Of a stretch of DNA of 64,000 nt, positions 1 through 10,073 are shown piece after piece. The DNA comes from Macrostomum lignano (lineage: Eukaryota), in the NCBI GenBank assembly GCA_002269645.1, contig NIVC01000140.1, positions 310,001 to 374,000 of the forward strand. The letters are read 5' to 3'. The notes below the pieces were generated by a model. The model was given only the letters and a program-made list of their open reading frames with translations. It did no database searches and was not told the origin of the DNA. How positions within the stretch are numbered: the first letter of the stretch is position 1; the number at the start of each line of letters is the position of its first letter. The translations under genes were made by a program, and so were the position numbers.

Positions 1-374
1 TTGTCAGGCTTGATGGCCATCTGGCTGACGGACAGCAGATGGCTGTTGCAGACGGTGATGTCGGGGTACTGGAAGGCGATTCCATCTTGCGTGATGGACG
101 TGCTGATGGGATGGGACAGGTACTTCTGCACCAGCAATGACGTGTTGAAGAGAAAGCCGCTCAGCGCGCCCACGATCAGGACAGCCCACAAAACCTGCAC
201 GAACCACACTGGACTGGCCAGCTTCATCACCCCATGGGCGCTGGTGGTCGCGGCGAATGTGTTCAGCATGGACATCAGCCGCTGCCGGGCTGCAGGGCTG
301 TCACCGCCGTTCCCACTGCTCCTGCTGCTCTTGGCGCCCTGCCGCAGTTCCATCCTCGGGCTCTCCAACTGCAT
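1..374 (-). CDS. DEG/ENaC (ASIC/degenerin family) sodium channel, N-terminal part; gene continues beyond the left edge
   Basis: Hand translation of the minus strand from ATG 374 (in-frame upstream ATG at 404): MQLESPRMELRQG...MLNTFAATTSAHGVMKLASPVWFVQVLWAVLIVGALSGFLFNTSLLVQKYLSHPISTSITQDGIAFQYPDITVCN. Shows the HG motif, TM1 and the family FPxVTxCN-like motif. Absent from the ORF track because it runs off the window. Confidence 0.9.
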   Translation of the reverse strand, partial: MQLESPRMELRQGAKSSRSSGNGGDSPAARQRLMSMLNTFAATTSAHGVMKLASPVWFVQVLWAVLIVGALSGFLFNTSLLVQKYLSHPISTSITQDGIAFQYPDITVCNSHLLSVSQMAIKPD

Positions 375-887
375 GGCCTGTGCATCCCAGATTCGGGTTC
401 TCATTCTTATGCATCCGCGCCTCAGCTCCTGACCAATCACAGATCTGAGAGAGGGGGCAGTATACGCCACACTCAGGAGCAACTAAAGTACACTGCTTAG
501 AAAAACCGCCCCAAAAATCCACTCGCAAATCAGGAAAATTCTTTGGAGGCAGCAGTTTCCACTGCAAGATGTATTGAATGGAAAGTAAGTTTTCAGATTT
601 TAAACCACTTTAAAGCTCACTTTCAGGGAGGATATGTATACATTCTCCTCCTTTTCCCAGTGTGGCTATGGAAAAGTAAGTCCGAGGATGCATTTCTCAG
701 GCCGAGGCGAAGACATATTTGGAAAAAGGAGGAGAAAATATTTAACCTACTGAAAGCAAAATACGCATCAATATCCAGTACAGTTAGTCTATGGCACAAG
801 CTATGTGACTGACTGGCTAAAGTGTTATAAATCGTCTACCTAGATGGAGCACTGAGCAGTCCATCCATTTGCATATATAATAGAACC

Positions 888-2212
888 ATGGAAGACGACT
901 TAGATCTAGTGCTACGATATTTTGAAAGTAAAGAATCCGCTGCAACGAATCCTGCTGCTGGTAGTGATCGATTCGCTACGCTCTCGACTGACGAAATACA
1001 AGGGAAGCTGGACGCTGCTATCCCACCAAATACGCGAAGGAAGGAACTATGGGCTGTAAGAATTTTTGACCAGTGGTTTGAGCAGCGACACAATCGAATT
1101 CTACATGGTGATACAACTGGCCTTCTCGTGTTGAAGGAGCGTCATGAATGGAACGCTTGCGATTGGAACTATCTATTAAAGATGTTCATTCTCGAGGTGC
1201 GAAAAGTCGATGGCACTAAATACAATGCTACGACCCTTAGGGACATATTTTCCATGATGCAACACTATCTGCAGTACACGCTCAAGAAAGAACTGAATCT
1301 CTGGAAGGACGCTGCGTGCAGGGATGCAAGAATGGCATTGGATGCTGCCATGAAAGAAGCTACTAGAGAGGGCCTAGTTCCGGGACAAATGCGTCTAGCC
1401 CAATTCCCGCAACTCTGGAGGAGGAGTGGTGGCAGAAAGGACGTCTTGCAACAACGTCGCCGAAATTACTGCTGTTTACGCTTGTGTTCTACCTTGGCAA
1501 GCAGTTCGCTTTGCGTGGAGGCACGGAGCTGCATGGTCTGAGATATAGCTGTGAGATCCAGTTGCAGCATGAAGACGGTCAAGAACTTCTAGTTTACTGT
1601 GAGAACAGAGCCACGAAGACCACCAACGCTGGCATAAAGCGACGTTTTGTTCCATTGAAAACCGTTAAAGCATCTCATACTGCTGATCATGATAGATGTC
1701 TACCCTGCATCTACAAGCTGTATGTGGACAGAAGACCGGAAAACTGTACGGTTCAGAATTTGTTCCTGGCTTGGATGCGTAGCGATGCCAGCATCCAGCA
1801 AGGCAGGTGGTACCAAAACGCACCCGTCGGCCGGCACAGCTTGGACGGTATTGTTCGTGAATTAACGGCTCCCCTAACTGGAGTGACTGAAAGGTACACT
1901 AATCAGTCTCTACGCAAGACTTGCGCAAGTACTCTACACCGTGCTGGCTTTGCTAGAGAGGACATCGCTCGTGTTACAGGACACTCTTCGACAGCTATTG
2001 AGCGCTATATTCAGTTTGACGTACAAGACCATGTTAAAGTATCGCATGCTCTTCAATCTGGTGGTCAGTCATCAAGTCTGTCTATTGACACCGAGCCTGA
2101 ACGCTCTGTTGAAGCTATGGAACAAAGTAACGTAGTGACTGCTAATCCTGCAAAGAAAATGAGGCTTAACATCAATGGTAACACCAACACCGTTGAAATC
2201 GTTTTCGAGTGA
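888..2212 (+). mobile_element. Crypton-type tyrosine recombinase (DUF3504/ZMYM-like) ORF with a single frameshift near 1380-1395
   Basis: ORF 888-1541 has Crypton-like N-terminal motifs (RFATLS, PPNTRRKELWAVRIFDQW, FILEVRKVDGTKY). A second frame, open from ~1364, reads PIPATLEEEWWQKGRLATTSPKLLLFTLVFYLGKQFALRGG...KTTNAG...YTNQSLRKTCASTLHRAGF...RVTGHSSTAIERY, carrying the R, K, (H>Q)xxR, H and Y catalytic positions. Joining the frames gives ~441 aa. Confidence 0.88.
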
Positions 2213-2452
2213 GTGCTTACAAGACGCTTCTAAATCTTACTATTTGAACTTCCTGTTGTTGGTTTACATTTGTTAAATACAACTGTTTATAGCAGGACTG
2301 AGAACTATTTTTCAGGCCTCGTTTGGGGACTGAGAAATGGTTCTCAGTCCTCCTACAACCGATAAATTACCATAGAAGTTGTTGTTCCTCGGGAAAAGGA
2401 TGAGACTGCGAAAGAGGCGAGAAATGCACTTTCTGTAGGTTAATGACATAGA

Positions 2453-2715
2453 TTTAATTTTGCGGGATTTAATCGATCACTTTCCCGGACATATTGCAAG
2501 GATATTGTATGTATCTAAATACGAGTAAGCGAGCTTCTCTCTTCTCTTCCTTCGTGACTAGAGAAATTTCTTAATGAAATTTTGTCTATGGTAAGAATGT
2601 GGGGGCTTCGCCCCCACACCCCCAGCAGGGGCTTCGCCCCACACCCCCATCCCCAACTTCAACCATAGACATGTATGGCCACGGGATTAATCTGAATACA
2701 TCCCGCAAAATTAAA
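2453..2715. mobile_element. Small candidate non-autonomous element with 16-bp inverted repeats and internal GC hairpins
   Basis: TTTAATTTTGCGGGAT (2453-2468) versus ATCCCGCAAAATTAAA (2700-2715); inner inverted pair TGTCTATGGT/ACCATAGACA; two copies of GGGGCTTCGCCCC. No clear TSD. Confidence 0.45.
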
Positions 2716-3064
2716 GTAGTTTAAATAAGATATTCTATGGGTTTTTCGGCGACACATTAACACATTAAACACATTAACACATCAACAATACATTCATAAT
2801 GCCTTCCAGATTTCCAAATTGCCAATTAAACTGTGCGCATAGGCTGAGGTTGACCAAAAAGTTTATCAAGCTACCCTTGCCGAGCTTGTCTATGGTGAAA
2901 TTCCAATTAACGCTCTGCAAACCAAAAAACCCGCAAAATCCGTTTAAGGAAAACATATTTTTTATCGTGTTGAATCATCAACCTCAGACAAAAATACGAG
3001 TACATGATTCCTGCAAAAGTCCAAATTCCAAACAGGATATTGTCAATTTAGTGCTAAAAATTGG

Positions 3065-3238
3065 AGGGATGCTATCTATCTGGGGGATGCTTGCTATCGG
3101 GGGATGCTTGCTATCGGGGGATGCTTGCTATCGGGGGGATGCTTGCTATCGGGGGATGCTTGCTATCGGGAGGTGCTTGCTATCTGGGGATGCCTGCTAT
3201 TTGGGGGATGCCTGCTATTTGGGGGATGCCTGCTATCT
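3065..3238. repeat. Minisatellite, ~16-17 nt unit GGGG(G)ATGCTTGCTATC
   Basis: About 10 visible tandem copies with variable G-run length. Confidence 0.9.
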
Positions 3239-4756
3239 TTATGAAGGCCTTATTTTATTGTGTCTGTTACTTCTAGAAAAAAAAGAGATTCATAGCAAAC
3301 ATCTTTGTCTGTAACAATTTTACTTGAATCAGGTGATTTATAAACTTAAGAACGAATTGGTTCTTAAGAAAATGTGCTTTTTAATGGATTTGCATTGAAA
3401 ATTTGCTCCTTGTTTATTGGCCGCCCCGAAGGGAGCACTAGATTGCTAGTTTAGAGCCAAAAACTCCTTCTTTGCCGATGCATCTAGCAGCGACAACAGG
3501 CCTCCAGTGCAACTCGCGCGTGTTGCGAGTGTAAACGTCCATGATTAGTTGTCCATGCACTATCGGCTGGTTTCTGGCTTTGTTGCCATTCAACCCGGCA
3601 TCCTGCCCGGCTTCTCCCGATCCGAGGCAAGAGGTCCGCAGCAGCCCTGAGAGCTGCTGCAGAAGCCGCTGATTTGCCACTGAATTATTCAGTCGCACTT
3701 GGCCAGACGCAATGAAAGTGGCGGGCTGCAGTCATACCAGCGCACGCCACAAGTGAATGTCGCTAATGTAATAGAAATTAATTCGTACAGCAAACATAGT
3801 CGAGTGTTCTTCCAGCCTCAACCAGAATTGCAGCAAGAGCTTCAACACAACTAAGGCTCTTTTGTCTTCAGCTTTCAAAGGCATAGTAGTAATAAATTCC
3901 CAGGAAATACTGGCTTGAGGGCGATTTCCGATGTAGTGCGCCCGAGAGAAACTCGATCGCGCGTCTTACTAAAGTCTATGAGAACGGCATTAGCTTTGAT
4001 TGCGTCACGAATCCAGATCGATTGTTTCTTTGGTTCATTTGTTTGTATGGTTCATTTTTTGTGGTTGTCGCGACTTTCCTAGTCATTTCTTAGTTCACCT
4101 TCACTTGTTTCTGTTTACTCTGTTTTCTCCTCTGTCTAGCTCAATCTTGTTATTCTTATCGCTCTCCCTTGCTGCCTTCTGATTGGCTCTCCATTCTCGC
4201 CTCTCTTCAGTCGCGCACTTCACCCCTCTCCTTATTATCTGGAGTCAACCCCCCTCTAAATTAAGTCATATAAATATACTTGTTTGAGCCCTGGGCCCAC
4301 TTACTGGCTTATCTTAGATTCAATTTAACTCTAATTTAAATATCTCATAATTCAATCGTTAAAGTATTTTCTCTACAGTGGTGTTTTGAAACTTTTTAAA
4401 TCAAGCGATTTTAAACTTTGTTGAATATCGACTGAGCAAAGTGAAACAAAGAGCAGAAGCCGTGTGACAGTGGCTGGCAGTGGCGGGCGTGAAGGGCAGG
4501 GGAAAAATGAGAAAGCTGATGTGACGTAAGAAGCAGTGCAAGAATACGCTCGTACGGCCAAGTCTCCTCCTTGGTCATGCAGGCGCATCGAAAAATACTG
4601 CTACTTGAATAAGACTGAAGACGATTGGGCCTCACCAACATCCGAAGAAACTCGGTGCGGCCCTGACACACCTGACTTGACTCTGACTGGAAGATCAACG
4701 TAAAATTTACAAAAAATGAATTATTGAGTTCAGGTGCAACTCCCCTGATGATGTTT

Positions 4757-5645
4757 GCCTGCAACTCTCTCGATGTTCGACTGCAACTGTCTTGATGCTT
4801 GACTGCAACTCTCTCGATGTTCGACTGCAACTGTCTTGATGCTTGACTGCAACTCTCTCGATGTTCGACTGCAACTGTCTTGATGTTTGACTGCAACTCT
4901 TTTGATGTTTGAGTGCAACTCTCTCGATGTTTGAGTGCAACTCTCTCGATGTTTGAGTGCAACTCTCTCGATGTTCGACTGCAACTCTCTCGATGCTTGA
5001 CTGCAACTGTCTTGATGCTTGACTGCAACTCTCTCGATGTTTGACTGCAACTCTCTCGATGCTTGACTGCAACTCTCTCGATGTTTGACTGCAACTCTCT
5101 CGATGCTTGACTGCAACTCTCTCGATGTTTGACTGCAACTCTCTCGATGCTTGACTGCAACTCTCTCGATGTTTGACTGCAACTCTCTCGATGCTTGACT
5201 GCAACTGTCTTGATGCTTGACTGCAACTCTCTCGATGTTTGAGTGCAACTCTCTCGATGTAACTCTCTCGATGTTTGAGTGCAACTCTCTCGATGTTTGA
5301 GTGCAACTCTCTCGATGTTTGAATGCAACTCTCTCGATGTTTGACAGCAACTCTCTCGATGTTTGCCTGCAACTCTCTCGATGTTTGAGTGCAACTCTCT
5401 CGATGTTTGACTGCAACTCTCTCGATGTTTGAGTGCAACTCTCTCGATGTTTGACAGCAACTCTCTCGATGTTTGACTGCAACTCTCTCGATGTTTGAGT
5501 GCAACTCTCTCGATGTTTGAGTGCAACTCTCTCGATGTTTGCCTGCAACTCTCTCGATGTTTGACAGCAACTCTCTCGATGTTTGACTGCAACTCTCTCG
5601 ATGTTTGACTGCAACTCTCTCGATGTTTGACTGCAACTCTCTCGA
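4757..5645. repeat. Minisatellite, 22-nt unit GCAACTCTCTCGATGTTTGACT
   Basis: Direct tandem repeat; explains the three spurious minus-strand ORFs 4411-5734. Confidence 0.95.
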
Positions 5646-6328
5646 AGGGGTTTTAGGGCGATTCTCAATGCGTGAGGGTGTTTATAGAGTGGCTGTAGAA
5701 TTCGCACGAAAATGTTATAATGCTGTGACTCCACTGGCTCAAGAAAGCAAAATAAACAGAAAGACGCATGACGCTAAAGACGCTACAGTTTTAAAATCAA
5801 GAGATCCAGTGGATTGTACGGATGGCGGCGAGATCAAACAGATGGCGGATGCTCAGTAAAAAAGCACAATTTTATTTCATTGGCAAACAGGTGCAATTTA
5901 ACCCAATAGAAAAAATACTAACAGCAAAAGTGTCGCAAATCAACAGCTTAAATCACAAATTAAACTGAAGCTCGAGGCTTCACTCCAACTACGGAAATCA
6001 GACGGGAAAATTTCAGAACGGATTCTAATGATTTGTTCAACAGAAAAATGGTTCAAAACTCTATTGGAACGCACAGGTTTCAAGGAAATGGGGGGGGGCT
6101 GTAGCAACTGCTGCCGGGTGCATCGGTGTGCCTTGTTGAATTCCCCCTTGAATTCCCATGAGCCTGGAAGCAACAGGCAGACCTCGCAGAAGCAAACTGG
6201 TAGATCACAGCAGCAGGCCCGCGAATCACACAGAAGATTGCTTACAGAATTAATGATAATGGAGTCAAGAGTTTTATTCACTAGAGTTAATACTTCACCA
6301 ATACTGATAATTCACACAAACTAGAGAT

Positions 6329-6630
6329 CACGCACAAACAAATGAACCACACAAACAAATGAACCACACAAACAAATGAACCACACAAACAAATGAACCA
6401 CACAAACAAATGAACCACACAAACAAATGAATCACACAAACAAATGAATCACACAAACAAATGAACCACACAAACAAATGAACCACACAAACAAATGAAC
6501 CACACAAACAAATGAACCACACAAACAAATGAACCACACAAACAAATGAACCACACAAACAAATGAACCACACAAACAAATGAACCACACAAACAAACGA
6601 ACCACACAAACAAATGAACCAAACAAACAA
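6329..6630. repeat. Minisatellite, 17-nt unit GAACCACACAAACAAAT
   Basis: Direct tandem repeat downstream of the GRIPAP1-like stop, possibly in its 3' UTR. Confidence 0.95.
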
Positions 6631-7066
6631 ATCACACTAAAGACTCGCAAGCAGCCCATTAAGCTGAATTAAACCGCACAAAGCAATTTTGGAAATTTCA
6701 TAGCGGTCGTGGAGACATAAAAAAGAATAAACGGATTTGTACAAGCAGGAAACAAATCAAACTGAACGCACACTAACGAGAATCGAGAAGACAGTGGAAG
6801 ATCTATACATAACAGAAAGTGAGTTTGAATACAAAAAATCACCAACCACCTACTATAAGTAGCGAATCGAAGGAATCACTGAAATATTTATACTAAGGCA
6901 GCAAAGTGCATTATGGATTCAGCTAAAGCTGGTGCGCAAACGGCACAGGCGTGGCAGCTCAAGGACTAGACTGAGGACTCGGGCTGGAATGGCGGAGGCT
7001 GAGAATGGGGTTGGCGAGCCAACCTGAAGGTCAGTCAATTAGCAGGAAGCCAAAGCATAATCAGCG

Positions 7067-10000
7067 TCAGGCTGTGGGGGCGGCAGACTTTGCCTCCTGC
7101 AGCTCCTTGGCCAGGTGCTGCACAGCCTCCTCAAGGTGAATGTTTCTCATGAGCAGCTCCTCCAGCATGTCCCGGAGGTTCTTGTTCATGTCCCGATAGT
7201 CGCTGGCCTGCTGCGGCTTCGTCAGCTCCGACAGCTTGGCGGAGAACCGCGCCGACAGCTGCGAGGCCGCGGTCGCCGCCGAGCCGCTGAGGCCGCTGCT
7301 GTTGCCGCCTCCGCGGTTGGTTGCGTGGGCGGGGGAGGCGGTCTGGGAGGCTGGAGCGGGCCGGCCTGTCTGCAGGTAGCGGTCGATGAGGCTGCTCTTC
7401 TGAAGCAGGTCCTCGGCCATGGCGGAGTTCGCCGTCTCCAGCAGCTCCACCTGGTCCCGCAGCTGCGAGTTGTGCGCCTGGAGCCGCGTCAGCCGGTCGA
7501 TGAGGTCGCGCAAGTCGCGCTGGTCCTGCTCGGACTCCGGCGCACCGCCGCTGCCGCCGCCCGCGTCCAGGCAGCTGCCGCTGTTCCACGACAGGTTGGA
7601 GGCCTTGTCGTCCGGACTGGCCTGGCTGGCGCGCTGAGGGCGGGCGGCAAATGCATTGACTTGGGGCTCGAGCTCGCGGCTCAATTCTGCTAATCTTCAG
7701 TTGGCGATCGCATATGGTCTCACTCCATTTCAAGATTACCAGAACCAGATTTACCAGAATCAGGATTACCAGAATCAGGATTACCAGAATCGGAATTACC
7801 AGAATCGGAATTACCAGAATCAGGATTACCAGAATCAGGATTACCAGAATAAGGATTACGAGAATAAGGATTACGAGAATAAGGATTACAAGAATAAGGA
7901 TTACCAGAATCAGGATTACCAGAATAAGGATTACCAGAATCAGATTAACCAGAATCAGGATTACCAGAATCAGATTAACCAGAATCAGGATTACCAGAAT
8001 CAGATTAACCAGAATCAGGATTACCAGAATAAGGATTACCAGAATAAGGATTACGAGAATAAGGATTATGAGAATAAGGATTACCAGAATCAGAATTACA
8101 AGAATAAGGATTACCAGAATCAGGATTACCAGAATAAGGATTACCAGAATCAGATTAACCAGAATCAGGATTACCAGAATCAGATTAACCAGAATCAGGA
8201 TTACCAGAATCAGGATTACCAGAATCAGATTAACCAGAATCAGGATTACCAGAATCAGATTAACCAGAATCAGGATTACCAGAATCAGATTAACCAGAAT
8301 CAGGATTACCAGAATCAGATTAACCAGAATCAGGATTACCAGAATCAGGATTACCAGAATCAGGATCACCAGAATCAGGATTACCAGAATCAGGATCACC
8401 AGAATCAGGATTACCAGAATCAGGATCACCAGAATCAGATTAACCAGAATCAGGATTACCAGAATCAGATTAACCAGAATCAGGATTACCAGAATCAGAT
8501 TAACCAGAATCAGGATTACCAGAATCAGGATTACCAGAATCAGGATCACCAGAATCAGGATTACCAGAATCAGGATCACCAGAATCAGGATTACCAGAAT
8601 CAGGATCACCAGAATCAGGATTACCAGAATCAGATTAACCAGAATCAGATTTATCAAAACGAGGATTACAAAATCAGAGGTTTCTCTATCTACAAATAGA
8701 AGTTTGTAGGCGCGGCCGTCCAAGCTTACATTCAGCAGTCCCTGGTCATCTGGCTGCTGCCCAGCCAAGGAATCGCGGAGTTTCTCCTGAAGGCGAGCGC
8801 AGCGGCGCTTCTCGGCGGCCAGCTGCTTGCGCAGGTCGCGGACGTGCAGCTCCACCTTCCGCTCGGCCAGGCGCACATCCTGCTGGCTGTCCTGCAGCTG
8901 CTGCCGGAGCTCCGAAACTTCGCTGCGGGCCGCCTCCGCGTCCGACCGGGCGGTCTCCAGCTCAGCACTCAGGCTCTGCTGCGCAGCCCGCAGCTCCTCC
9001 GCCTCCGCGCTGGCCCGCTCAGCCGCCTCCGCTGCCCGCGCCTTCGCCTCCGCAGCCGCTTTGGCCAGCTGCTGCTGCCGCCGCTCCTCCTCAGCCACTA
9101 GCCGCGCCTCCGCCTCGGCCAGCCGGTCCTGCAGGTCCCGCTCGGCCTCCGCTGCTTCGGCGCGCAGTCGGCGCTCGAGCTCGCCCAGCGCCAGGTCCGC
9201 CTCGCGCCGCTGCCGCTCCAGCCGGCGCTCCGTGGCCTCGGCCATCTTGGCCAGTGCGGCCCCGTTCGACGCCCGCTCCGTCTCGGCCGCCGCCTCCGCC
9301 TGCTGATTGGCCCGGCGCAGCTCGTCAGTGGCCAGCTGGAACTCGCCGATCTGGTTCAGCAGCTCCTTCTTGGCCGCCTGCAGAGCCGTCCGTTCCTCCT
9401 CCGACGCAGAAAGCTGCAGCTGCAGGGCCGACTTCTCCTCGCACAGCTTCGTCACTTCGGCCTGATGAATAATAAAAATGGGCCAGATGGGGATTTAGAT
9501 TCTAGACTGGCATTAGCCACCGACTAGACTGGCATTAGCCACCGACTTCACGCCTGCTACAGCACGGCTCACCTGCAGGATGGCCACCTTCTGGTCCAGA
9601 TAGTCCTCAGATCTCTGCAGCGCGGGCTCTGCTGCATCCGCTGCCGAATCTGCCGTGTCGCCAGCGTCAGCCACATCGACGGAATCGGCGGCGCCGTCTG
9701 CAGGTGCGACGCGCCGACTGGCAGCCTTGTAGGTCTCCAGCTGGCTCTGCAGGCGCTCATTCTCGGACAGCACGCTGCTGTACTCGGTCATGAGGGTGGC
9801 GTACTGCAGCTTGAAGTCGTCCTCAGCGTTTTGCACCTTCACTCGCAGCTTCTCGTTGTCCGCCATCAGCTGCTCGAGTTCCCGGGCGCGCCGGCTCCGT
9901 GCCAGCAGGTCCGCAGCTCGGGCCGCGTCCCGCTCCAGGTCAGCCGAACGAGCCCGCTGGTCCAGCAGCTCCTGCTTGAGCTTCAGGCCGTCCTCGCGCG

Positions 10001-10073
10001 ACTGGTATAGAGCGGACTTCGCGTCCACCAGCTGTTGCTGGAGGCTCTGGAAGTCCGCATCGGACAGCGCCAT
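7067..10073 (-). CDS. GRIPAP1: GRIP1-associated protein 1 (GRASP-1)-like coiled-coil protein, 3 exons, ~599 aa
   Basis: Exons 10073-9573, 9461-8730 and 7633-7067, all phase 0 with GT-AG. The N-terminus MALSDADFQSLQQQLV...EDDFKLQYATLMTEYS and C-terminus LETANSAMAEDLLQKSSLIDRY...RDMNKNLRDMLEELLMRNIHL resemble GRIPAP1 as I recall it. Confidence 0.85.
7730..8670. repeat. Intronic minisatellite, 15-nt unit ACCAGAATCAGGATT (GRIPAP1 intron 2)
   Basis: Tandem repeat with variants; source of the NQDYQ, RITRI and ILVIL artefact ORFs. Confidence 0.95.

Noticed and set aside
1-432. Plus-strand 143-aa ORF
   Set aside because: Antisense shadow of the DEG/ENaC exon, which has clear family motifs on the minus strand.
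3421-3441. Helitron-like 3' end (CCCGAAGGG hairpin + CTAG)
   Set aside because: The stem is too short and no matching 5' TC end or other support was found.
4411-5734. Three 300-390 aa minus-strand ORFs (RELQSNIERVAVKH repeats)
   Set aside because: Products of a 22-nt minisatellite lacking stops on one strand; no domain content.
7131-9455. 774-aa ORF with a long poly-ILV hydrophobic stretch; also the NQDYQ prion-like ORF on +
   Set aside because: Read-through of GRIPAP1 intron 2 (15-nt repeat). Canonical phase-0 splice sites give the conserved protein, and the 1096-nt intron would shift frame if retained.
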